Origin: Auanema rhodensis
Taxonomy: Eukaryota; Animalia; Nematoda
Length of the DNA stretch: 64,000 nt
Assembly: GCA_964057225.1 (NCBI GenBank)
Contig: OZ059895.1
Location: forward strand, 20,832,001 to 20,896,000
Direction of reading: 5' to 3'
In this document: piece by piece, positions 1 to 12,666 of the stretch
Layout: every line of letters starts with the position of its first letter
Position numbering within the stretch: the stretch's first letter is position 1
Translations under genes and position numbers: made by a program
The notes under the pieces: generated by a model
Database searches by the model: none
What the model was told of the DNA's origin: nothing
Seen by the model: the letters and a program-made list of their open reading frames with translations, nothing else

Positions 1-176
1 CCATGACTTTGAAATTTACGTGAACTTTAATTTATGCTAATTAAGTGTACACATGATGTGCACTTGGTATGTAACTCGCTTCACGTCAAAGATAAAAAGA
101 TGAGGTTTTCAAAATTAGATTTCCCATGTCCATATTAGTCTAAAAACAAATTTTTATTAATATTGGTGCATGGTAA
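1..176 (+). repeat. Representative 176-bp monomer (phase arbitrary)
   Basis: The next CCATG starts at 177. The consensus carries BstEII GGTAACC across the junction, BsrGI TGTACA, and ApaLI GTGCAC in most copies. Confidence 0.98.
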
Positions 177-1583
177 CCATGACTTTGAAATTTACGTGAA
201 CTTTAATTTATGCTAATTAAGTGTACACATGATGTGCGCTTGGTATGTAACTCACTTCACGTGAAAGATAAAGAGATGCGGTTTTCAAAATTAGATTCCT
301 CATGTCCATATTAGTCTAAAAACGAATTTTTATTGATATTGGTGCATGGCAACCATGACTTTAAAATTTACGTGAACTTTAATTTATGCTAATTAAGTGT
401 ACACATGATGTGCACTTGGTATGTAACTCGCTTCACTCAAAGATAAAGAGATGCGGTTTTCAAAATTAGATTCCCCATGTCCATATTAGTCTAAAAACAA
501 ATTTTTATTAATATTGGTGCATGGTAACTATGACTTTGAAATTTACGTGAACTTTAATTTATGCTAATTAAGTGTACACATGATGTGCACTTGGTATGTA
601 ACTCGCTTCAAGTGAAAGATAAAGAGATGCGCTTTTCAAAATTAGATTTCGCATGTCCATATTAGTCTAAAAACAAATTTTTATTGATATTGGTGCATGG
701 TAACCATGACTTTAAAATTTACGTGAACTTTAATTTATGCTAATTAAGTGTACACATGATGTGCACTTGGTATGTAACTCGCTTCACGTCAAAGATAAAG
801 AGATGCGGTTTTGAAAATTAGATTCCCCATGTCCATATTAGTCTAAAAACAAATTTTTATTAATATTGGTGCATGGTAACCATGACTTTGAAATTTACGT
901 GAACTTTAATTTATGCTAATTAAGTGTACACATGATGTGCACTTGGTAAGTAACTCGCTTCACGTCAAAGATAAAGAGATGCGGTTTTGAAAATTAGATT
1001 CCCCATGTCCATATTAGTCTAAAAACAAATTTTTATTAATATTGGTGCATGGTAACCATGACTTTGAAATTTACGTGAACTTTAATTTATGCTAATTAAG
1101 TGTACACATGATGTGCACTTGGTAAGTAACTCGCTTCACGTCAAAGATAAAGAGATGCGGTTTTCAAAATTAGATTCCCCATGTCCATGTTAGTCTAAAA
1201 ACAATTTTTTATCAATATTGGTGCATGGTAACTATGACTTTGAAATTTACGTGAACTTTAATTTATGCTAATTAAGTGTACACATGATGTGCACTTGGTA
1301 TGTAACTCGCTTCAAGTGAAAGATAAAGAGATGCGCTTTTCAAAATTAGATTTCGCATGTCCATATTAGTCTAAAAACAAATTTTTATTGATATTGGTGC
1401 ATGGTAACCATGACTTTAAAATTTACGTGAACTTTAATTTATGCTAATTAAGTGTACACATGATGTGCACTTGGTATGTAACTCGCTTCACGTCAGAGAT
1501 AAAGAGATGCGGTTTTCAAAATTAGATTCCCCATGTCCATATTAGTCTAAAAACAAATTTTTATTAATATTGGTGCATGGTAA

Positions 1584-2989
1584 CCATGACTTTGAAATTT
1601 ACGTGAACTTTAATTTATGCTAATTAAGTGTACACATGATGTGCACTTGGTATGTAACTCGCTTCACGTCAAAGATAAAAAGATGAGGTTTTCAAAATTA
1701 GATTCCCCATGTCCATATTAGTCTAAAACCAAATTTTTATTAATATTGGTGCATGGTAACCATGACTTTGAAATTTACGTGAACTTTAATTTATGCTAAT
1801 TAAGTGTACACATGACGTGCGCTTGGTATGTAACTCGCTTCACGTGAAAGATAAAGAGATGCGGTTTCCAAAATTAGATTCCCCATGTCCATATTAGTCT
1901 AAAAACAAATTTTTATTGATATTGGTGCATGGCAACCATGACTTTAAAATTTACGTGAACTTTAATTTATGCTAATTAAGTGTACACATGATGTGCGCTT
2001 GGTATGTAACTCGCTTCACGTGAAAGATAAAGAGATGCGGTTTTCAAAATTAGATTCCTCATGTCCATATTAGTCTAAAAACGAATTTTTATTGATATTG
2101 GTGCATGGCAACCATGACTTTAAAATTTACGTGAACTTTAATTTATGCTAATTAAGTGTACACATGATGTGCACTTGGTATGTAACTCGCTTCACTCAAA
2201 GATAAAGAGATGCGGTTTTCAAAATTAGATTCCCCATGTCCATATTAGTCTAAAAACAAATTTTTATCAATATTGGTGCATGGTAACTATGACTTTGAAA
2301 TTTACGTGAACTTTAATTTATGCTAATTAAGTGTACACATGATGTGCACTTGGTATGTAACTCGCTTCACGTCAAAGATAAAAAGATGAGGTTTTCAAAA
2401 TTAGATTCCCCATGTCCATATTAGTCTAAAACCAAATTTTTATTAATATTGGTGCATGGTAACCATGACTTTGAAATTTACGTGAACTTTAATTTATGCT
2501 AATTAAGTGTACACATGACGTGCGCTTGGTATGTAACTCGCTTCACGTGAAAGATAAAGAGATGCGGTTTCCAAAATTAGATTCCCCATGTCCATATTAG
2601 TCTAAAAACAAATTTTTATTGATATTGGTGCATGGCAACCATGACTTTAAAATTTACGTGAACTTTAATTTATGCTAATTAAGTGTACACATGATGTGCG
2701 CTTGGTATGTAACTCGCTTCACGTGAAAGATAAAGAGATGCGGTTTTCAAAATTAGATTCCTCATGTCCATATTAGTCTAAAAACGAATTTTTATTGATA
2801 TTGGTGCATGGCAACCATGACTTTAAAATTTACGTGAACTTTAATTTATGCTAATTAAGTGTACACATGATGTGCACTTGGTATGTAACTCGCTTCACTC
2901 AAAGATAAAGAGATGCGGTTTTCAAAATTAGATTCCCCATGTCCATATTAGTCTAAAAACAAATTTTTATCAATATTGGTGCATGGTAA
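1584..2989 (+). repeat. 4-monomer (703 bp) tandem duplication
   Basis: AAAACCAAA, CATGACGTGCGC, CCTCATG/AACGAA and the G85-deletion monomer recur in the same order 703 bp apart (starts 1584 and 2287). Confidence 0.85.
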
Positions 2990-4748
2990 CTATGACTTTG
3001 AAATTTACGTGAACTTTAATTTATGCTAATTAAGTGTACACATGATGTGCACTTGGTATGTAACTCGCTTCAAGTGAAAGATAAAGAGATGCGCTTTTCA
3101 AAATTAGATTTCGCATGTCCATATTAGTCTAAAAACAAATTTTTATTGATATTGGTGCATGGTAACCATGACTTTAAAATTTACGTGAACTTTAATTTAT
3201 GCTAATTAAGTGTACACATGATGTGCACTTGGTATGTAACTCGCTTCACGTCAAAGATAAAGAGATGCGGTTTTCAAAATTAGATTCCCCATGTCCATGT
3301 TAGTCTAAAAACAAATTTCTATTAATATTGGTGCATGGTAACTATGACTTTGAAATTTACGTGAACTTTAATTTATGCTAATTAAGTGTACACATGATGT
3401 GCACTTGGTATGTAACTCGCTTCAAGTGAAAGATAAAGAGATGCGCTTTTCAAAATTAGATTTCGCATGTCCATATTAGTCTAAAAACAAATTTTTATTG
3501 ATATTGGTGCATGGTAACCATGACTTTAAAATTTACGTGAACTTTAATTTATGCTAATTAAGTGTACACATGATGTGCACTTGGTATGTAACTCGCTTCA
3601 CGTCAAAGATAAAGAGATGCGGTTTTCAAAATTAGATTCCTCATGTCCATATTAGTCTAAAAACGAATTTTTATTGATATTGGTGCATGGCAACCATGAC
3701 TTTAAAATTTACGTGAACTTTAATTTATGCTAATTAAGTGTACACATGATGTGCACTTGGTATGTAACTCGCTTCACTCAAAGATAAAGAGATGCGGTTT
3801 TCAAAATTAGATTCCCCATGTCCATATTAGTCTAAAAACAAATTTTTATCAATATTGGTGCATGGTAACTATGACTTTGAAATTTACGTGAACTTTAATT
3901 TATGCTAATTAAGTGTACACATGATGTGCACTTGGTATGTAACTCGCTTCAAGTGAAAGATAAAGAGATGCGCTTTTCAAAATTAGATTTCGCATGTCCA
4001 TATTAGTCTAAAAACAAATTTTTATTGATATTGGTGCATGGTAACCATGACTTTAAAATTTACGTGAACTTTAATTTATGCTAATTAAGTGTACACATGA
4101 TGTGCACTTGGTATGTAACTCGCTTCACGTCAAAGATAAAGAGATGCGGTTTTCAAAATTAGATTCCCCATGTCCATATTAGTCTAAAAACAAATTTTTA
4201 TGAATATTGGTGCATGGTAACCATGACTTTGAAATTTACGTGAACTTTAATTTATGCTAATTAAGTGTACACATGATGTGCACTTGGTATGTAACTCGCT
4301 TCACGTCAAAGATAAAGAGATGCGGTTTTGAAAATTAGATTCCCCATGTCCATATTAGTCTAAAAACAAATTTTTATTAATATTGGTGCATGGTAACCAT
4401 GACTTTGAAATTTACGTGAACTTTAATTTATGCTAATTAAGTGTACACATGATGTGCACTTGGTATGTAACTCGCTTCACGTCAAAGATAAAGAGATGCG
4501 GTTTTCAAAATTAGATTCCCCATGTCCATATTAGTCTAAAAACAATTTTTTATCAATATTGGTGCATGGTAACCATGACTTTGAAATTTACGTGAACTTT
4601 AATTTTTGCTAATTAAGTGTACACATGATGTGCACTTGGTATGTAACTCGCTTCACGTCAAAGATAAAGAGATGCGGTTTTCAAAATTAGATTCCCCATG
4701 TCCATATTAGTCTAAAAACAAATTTTTATTAATATTGGTGCATGGTAA

Positions 4749-7700
4749 CCATGACTTTGAAATTTACGTGAACTTTAATTTATGCTAATTAAGTGTACAC
4801 ATGATGTGCACTTGGTATGTAACTCGCTTCAAGTGAAAGATAAAGAGATGCGGTTTTCAAAATTAGATTTCGCATGTCCATATTAGTCTAAAAACAAATT
4901 TTTATTGATATTGGTGCATGGTAACCATGACTTTAAAATTTACGTGAACTTTAATTTATGCTAATTAAGTGTACACATGATGTGCACTTGGTATGTAACT
5001 CGCTTCACGTCAAAGATAAAGAGATGCGGTTTTCAAAATTAGATTCCCCATGTCCATATTAGTCTAAAAACAAATTTTTATCAATATTGGTGCATGGTAA
5101 CCATGACTTTGAAATTTACGTGAACTTTAATTTATGCTAATTAAGTGTACAAATGATGTGCGCTTGGTATGTAACTCTCTTCACGTGAAAGATAAAGAGA
5201 TGCGGTTTTCAAAATTAGATTCCTCATGTCCATATTAGTCTAAAAACGAATTTTTATTGATATTGGTGCATGGTAACCATGACTTTAAAATTTACGTGAA
5301 CTTTAATTTATGCTAATTAAGTGTACACATGATGTGCACTTGGTATGTAACTTGCTTCACGTCAAAGATAAAGAGATGCGGTTTTCAAAATTAGATTCCC
5401 CATGTCCATATTAGTCTAAAAACAATTTTTTATCAATATTGGTGCATGGTAACCATGACTTTGAAATTTACGTGAACTTTAATTTATGCTAATTAAGTGT
5501 ACAAATGATGTGCGCTTGGTATGTAACTCTCTTCACGTGAAAGATAAAGAGATGCGGTTTTCAAAATTAGATTCCCCATGTCCATTTTAGTCTAAAAACG
5601 AATTTTTATTGATATTGGTGGATGGTAACCATGACTTTAAAACTTACGTGAACTTCAATTTATGCTAATTAAGTGTACACATGATGTGCACTTGGTAAGT
5701 AACTCGCTTCACGTCAAAGATAAAGAGATGCGGTTTTCAAAATTAGATTCCCCATGTCCATATTAGTCTAAAAACAATTTTTTATCAATATTGGTGCATG
5801 GTAACCATGACTTTGAAATTTACGTGAACTTTAATTTTTGCTAATTAAGTGTACACATGCTGTGCGCTTGGTATGTAACTCTCTTCACGTGAAAGATAAA
5901 GAGATGCGGTTTCCAAAATTAGATTCCCCATGTCCATATTAGTCTAAAAACAAATTTTTATTGATATTGGTGCATGGTAACCATGACTTTAAAATTTACG
6001 TGAACTTTAATTTATGCTAATTAAGTGTACACATGATGTGCACTTGGTATGTAACTCGCTTCACGTCAAAGATAAAGAAATGCGGTTTTCAAAATTAGAT
6101 TCCCCATGTCCATATTAGTCTAAAAACAATTTTTTATCAATATTGGTGCATGGTAACCATGACTTTGAAATTTACGTGAACTTTAATTTTTGCTAATTAA
6201 GTGTACACATGCTGTGCGCTTGGTATGTAACTCTCTTCACGTGAAAGATAAAGAGATGCGGTTTCCAAAATTAGATTCCCCATGTCCATATTAGTCTAAA
6301 AACAAATTTTTATTGATATTGGTGCATGGTAACCATGACTTTAAAATTTACGTGAACTTTAATTTATGCTAATTAAGTGTACACATGATGTGCACTTGGT
6401 ATGTAACTCGCTTCACGTCAAAGATAAAGAAATGCGGTTTTCAAAATTAGATTCCCCATGTCCATGTTAATCTAAAAACAAATTTCTATTAATATTGGTG
6501 CATGGTAACTATGACTTTGAAATTTACGTGAACTTTAATTTATGCTAATTAAGTGTACACATGATGTGCACTTGGTATGTAACTCGCTTCAAGTGAAAGA
6601 TAAAGAGATGCGGTTTTCAAAATTAGATTTCGCATGTCCATATTAGTCTAAAAACAAATTTTTATTGATATTGGTGCATGGTAACCATGACTTTAAAATT
6701 TACGTGAACTTTAATTTATGCTAATTAAGTGTACACATGATGTGCACTTGGTATGTAACTCGCTTCACGTCAAAGATAAAGAGATGCGGTTTTCAAAATT
6801 AGATTCCCCATGTCCATATTAGTCTAAAAACAAATTTTTATCAATATTGGTGCATGGTAACCATGACTTTGAAATTTACGTGAACTTTAATTTATGCTAA
6901 TTAAGTGTACAAATGATGTGCGCTTGGTATGTAACTCTCTTCACGTGAAAGATAAAGAGATGCGGTTTTCAAAATTAGATTCCTCATGTCCATATTAGTC
7001 TAAAAACGAATTTTTATTGATATTGGTGCATGGTAACCATGACTTTAAAATTTACGTGAACTTTAATTTATGCTAATTAAGTGTACACATGATGTGCACT
7101 TGGTATGTAACTTGCTTCACGTCAAAGATAAAGAGATGCGGTTTTCAAAATTAGATTCCCCATGTCCATATTAGTCTAAAAACAATTTTTTATCAATATT
7201 GGTGCATGGTAACCATGACTTTGAAATTTACGTGAACTTTAATTTATGCTAATTAAGTGTACAAATGATGTGCGCTTGGTATGTAACTCTCTTCACGTGA
7301 AAGATAAAGAGATGCGGTTTTCAAAATTAGATTCCCCATGTCCATTTTAGTCTAAAAACGAATTTTTATTGATATTGGTGGATGGTAACCATGACTTTAA
7401 AACTTACGTGAACTTCAATTTATGCTAATTAAGTGTACACATGATGTGCACTTGGTAAGTAACTCGCTTCACGTCAAAGATAAAGAGATGCGGTTTTCAA
7501 AATTAGATTCCCCATGTCCATATTAGTCTAAAAACAATTTTTTATCAATATTGGTGCATGGTAACCATGACTTTGAAATTTACGTGAACTTTAATTTTTG
7601 CTAATTAAGTGTACACATGCTGTGCGCTTGGTATGTAACTCTCTTCACGTGAAAGATAAAGAGATGCGGTTTCCAAAATTAGATTCCCCATGTCCATATT

Positions 7701-9324
7701 AGTCTAAAAACAAATTTTTATTGATATTGGTGCATGGTAACCATGACTTTAAAATTTACGTGAACTTTAATTTATGCTAATTAAGTGTACACATGATGTG
7801 CACTTGGTATGTAACTCGCTTCACGTCAAAGATAAAGAAATGCGGTTTTCAAAATTAGATTCCCCATGTCCATATTAGTCTAAAAACGAATTTTTATTGA
7901 TATTGGTGGATGGTAACCATGACTTTAAAACTTACGTGAACTTCAATTTATGCTAATTAAGTGTACACATGATGTGCACTTGGTAAGTAACTCGCTTCAC
8001 GTCAAAGATAAAGAGATGCGGTTTTCAAAATTAGATTCCCCATGTCCATATTAGTCTAAAAACAATTTTTTATCAATATTGGTGCATGGTAACCATGACT
8101 TTGAAATTTACGTGAACTTTAATTTTTGCTAATTAAGTGTACACATGCTGTGCGCTTGGTATGTAACTCTCTTCACGTGAAAGATAAAGAGATGCGGTTT
8201 CCAAAATTAGATTCCCCATGTCCATATTAGTCTAAAAACAAATTTTTATTGATATTGGTGCATGGTAACCATGACTTTAAAATTTACGTGAACTTTAATT
8301 TATGCTAATTAAGTGTACACATGATGTGCACTTGGTATGTAACTCGCTTCACGTCAAAGATAAAGAAATGCGGTTTTCAAAATTAGATTCCCCATGTCCA
8401 TTTTAGTCTAAAAACGAATTTTTATTGATATTGGTGGATGGTAACCATGACTTTAAAACTTACGTGAACTTCAATTTATGCTAATTAAGTGTACACATGA
8501 TGTGCACTTGGTAAGTAACTCGCTTCACGTCAAAGATAAAGAGATGCGGTTTTCAAAATTAGATTCCCCATGTCCATATTAGTCTAAAAACAATTTTTTA
8601 TCAATATTGGTGCATGGTAACCATGACTTTGAAATTTACGTGAACTTTAATTTTTGCTAATTAAGTGTACACATGCTGTGCGCTTGGTATGTAACTCTCT
8701 TCACGTGAAAGATAAAGAGATGCGGTTTCCAAAATTAGATTCCCCATGTCCATATTAGTCTAAAAACAAATTTTTATTGATATTGGTGCATGGTAACCAT
8801 GACTTTAAAATTTACGTGAACTTTAATTTATGCTAATTAAGTGTACACATGATGTGCACTTGGTATGTAACTCGCTTCACGTCAAAGATAAAGAAATGCG
8901 GTTTTCAAAATTAGATTCCCCATGTCCATATTAGTCTAAAAACAATTTTTTATCAATATTGGTGCATGGTAACCATGACTTTGAAATTTACGTGAACTTT
9001 AATTTTTGCTAATTAAGTGTACACATGCTGTGCGCTTGGTATGTAACTCTCTTCACGTGAAAGATAAAGAGATGCGGTTTCCAAAATTAGATTCCCCATG
9101 TCCATATTAGTCTAAAAACAAATTTTTATTGATATTGGTGCATGGTAACCATGACTTTAAAATTTACGTGAACTTTAATTTATGCTAATTAAGTGTACAC
9201 ATGATGTGCACTTGGTATGTAACTCGCTTCACGTCAAAGATAAAGAAATGCGGTTTTCAAAATTAGATTCCCCATGTCCATGTTAATCTAAAAACAAATT
9301 TCTATTAATATTGGTGCATGGTAA
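4749..9324 (+). repeat. 10-monomer duplication (1760 bp); second copy contains a triplicated 3-monomer unit (528 bp)
   Basis: GTACAAATG at about 5151/5503 and 6911/7263 (offset 1760). AAACTTACG/CTTCAATT monomers start at 7389, 7917 and 8445 (offset 528). Confidence 0.85.
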
Positions 9325-12300
9325 CTATGACTTTGAAATTTACGTGAACTTTAATTTATGCTAATTAAGTGTACACATGATGTGCACTTGGTATGTAACT
9401 CGCTTCAAGTGAAAGATAAAGAGATGCGCTTTTCAAAATTAGATTTCGCATGTCCATATTAGTCTAAAAACAAATTTTTATTGATATTGGTGCATGGTAA
9501 CCATGACTTTAAAATTTACGTGAACTTTAATTTATGCTAATTAAGTGTACACATGATGTGCACTTGGTATGTAACTCGCTTCACGTCAAAGATAAAGAGA
9601 TGCGGTTTTCAAAATTAGATTCCCCATGTCCATATTAGTCTAAAAACAAATTTTTATTAATATTGGTGCATGGTAACCATGACTTTGAAATTTACGTGAA
9701 CTTTAATTTATGCTAATTAAGTGTACACATGATGTGCACTTGGTATGTAACTCGCTTCACGTCAAAGATAAAAAGATGAGGTTTTCAAAATTAGATTCCC
9801 CATGTCCATATTAGTCTAAAAACAAATTTTTATTAATATTGGTGCATGGTAACCATGACTTTGAAATTTACGTGAACTTTAATTTATGCTAATTAAGTGT
9901 ACACATGATGTGCGCTTGGTATGTAACTCGCTTCACGTGAAAGATAAAGAGATGCGGTTTTCAAAATTAGATTCCTCATGTCCATATTAGTCTAAAAACG
10001 AATTTTTATTGATATTGGTGCATGGCAACCATGACTTTAAAATTTACGTGAACTTTAATTTATGCTAATTAAGTGTACACATGATGTGCACTTGGTATGT
10101 AACTCGCTTCACTCAAAGATAAAGAGATGCGGTTTTCAAAATTAGATTCCCCATGTCCATATTAGTCTAAAAACAAATTTTTATTAATATTGGTGCATGG
10201 TAACTATGACTTTGAAATTTACGTGAACTTTAATTTATGCTAATTAAGTGTACACATGATGTGCACTTGGTATGTAACTCGCTTCAAGTGAAAGATAAAG
10301 AGATGCGCTTTTCAAAATTAGATTTCGCATGTCCATATTAGTCTAAAAACAAATTTTTATTGATATTGGTGCATGGTAACCATGACTTTAAAATTTACGT
10401 GAACTTTAATTTATGCTAATTAAGTGTACACATGATGTGCACTTGGTATGTAACTCGCTTCACGTCAAAGATAAAGAGATGCGGTTTTGAAAATTAGATT
10501 CCCCATGTCCATATTAGTCTAAAAACAAATTTTTATTAATATTGGTGCATGGTAACCATGACTTTGAAATTTACGTGAACTTTAATTTATGCTAATTAAG
10601 TGTACACATGATGTGCACTTGGTAAGTAACTCGCTTCACGTCAAAGATAAAGAGATGCGGTTTTGAAAATTAGATTCCCCATGTCCATATTAGTCTAAAA
10701 ACAAATTTTTATTAATATTGGTGCATGGTAACCATGACTTTGAAATTTACGTGAACTTTAATTTATGCTAATTAAGTGTACACATGATGTGCACTTGGTA
10801 AGTAACTCGCTTCACGTCAAAGATAAAGAGATGCGGTTTTCAAAATTAGATTCCCCATGTCCATGTTAGTCTAAAAACAATTTTTTATCAATATTGGTGC
10901 ATGGTAACTATGACTTTGAAATTTACGTGAACTTTAATTTATGCTAATTAAGTGTACACATGATGTGCACTTGGTATGTAACTCGCTTCAAGTGAAAGAT
11001 AAAGAGATGCGCTTTTCAAAATTAGATTTCGCATATCCATATTAGTCTAAAAACAAATTTTTATTAATATTGGTGCATGGTAACCATGACTTTGAAATTT
11101 ACGTGAACTTTAATTTATGCTAATTAAGTGTACACATGATGTGCACTTGGTATGTAACTCGCTTCAAGTGAAAGATAAAGAGATGCGCTTTTCAAAATTA
11201 GATTTCGCATATCCATATTAGTCTAAAAACAAATTTTTATTGATATTGGTGCATGGTAACCATGACTTTAAAATTTACGTGAACTTTAATTTATGCTAAT
11301 TAAGTGTACACATGATGTGCACTTGGTATGTAACTCGCTTCACGTCAAAGATAAAGAGATGCGGTTTTCAAAATTAGATTCCCCATGTCCATATTAGTCT
11401 AAAAACAAATTTTTATTAATATTGGTGCATGGTAACCATGACTTTGAAATTTACGTGAACTTTAATTTATGCTAATTAAGTGTACACATGATGTGCACTT
11501 GGTATGTAACTCGCTTCACGTCAAAGATAAAAAGATGAGGTTTTCAAAATTAGATTCCCCATGTCCATATTAGTCTAAAACCAAATTTTTATTAATATTG
11601 GTGCATGGTAACCATGACTTTGAAATTTACGTGAACTTTAATTTATGCTAATTAAGTGTACACATGACGTGCGCTTGGTATGTAACTCGCTTCACGTGAA
11701 AGATAAAGAGATGCGGTTTCCAAAATTAGATTCCCCATGTCCATATTAGTCTAAAAACAAATTTTTATTGATATTGGTGCATGGCAACCATGACTTTAAA
11801 ATTTACGTGAACTTTAATTTATGCTAATTAAGTGTACACATGATGTGCACTTGGTATGTAACTCGCTTCACTCAAAGATAAAGAGATGCGGTTTTCAAAA
11901 TTAGATTCCCCATGTCCATATTAGTCTAAAAACAAATTTTTATTGATATTGGTGCATGGTAACCATGACTTTAAAATTTACGTGAACTTTAATTTATGCT
12001 AATTAAGTGTACACATGATGTGCACTTGGTATGTAACTCGCTTCACGTCAAAGATAAAGAGATGCGGTTTTCAAAATTAGATTCCCCATGTCCATATTAG
12101 TCTAAAAACAAATTTTTATGAATATTGGTGCATGGTAACCATGACTTTGAAATTTACGTGAACTTTAATTTATGCTAATTAAGTGTACACATGATGTGCA
12201 CTTGGTATGTAACTCGCTTCACGTCAAAGATAAAGAGATGCGGTTTTGAAAATTAGATTCCCCATGTCCATATTAGTCTAAAAACAAATTTTTATTAATA

Positions 12301-12666
12301 TTGGTGCATGGTAACCATGACTTTGAAATTTACGTGAACTTTAATTTATGCTAATTAAGTGTACACATGATGTGCACTTGGTAAGTAACTCGCTTCACGT
12401 CAAAGATAAAGAGATGCGGTTTTCAAAATTAGATTCCCCATGTCCATATTAGTCTAAAAACAATTTTTTATCAATATTGGTGCATGGTAACCATGACTTT
12501 GAAATTTACGTGAACTTTAATTTTTGCTAATTAAGTGTACACATGCTGTGCGCTTGGTATGTAACTCTCTTCACGTGAAAGATAAAGAGATGCGGTTTTC
12601 AAAATTAGATTCCTCATGTCCATATTAGTCTAAAAACGAATTTTTATTGATATTGGTGCATGGTAA

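Noticed and set aside
1-176. Tandem tRNA, 5S rRNA or snRNA gene array
   Set aside because: I see no cloverleaf, no B-box GTTCGA, and no recognisable 5S or snRNA sequence; the unit is too AT-rich.
1-176. Assignment to known satellites of similar length (primate alpha, Arabidopsis 178-bp, Brassica 176-bp, honeybee AluI)
   Set aside because: Only the length is similar. The sequence does not resemble the ones I remember and lacks HindIII and AluI sites. A database search is needed.
1839-1848. Yeast point-centromere CDEI (TCACGTG)
   Set aside because: It is a short match with no CDEII/CDEIII arrangement, and point centromeres are not tandem arrays.
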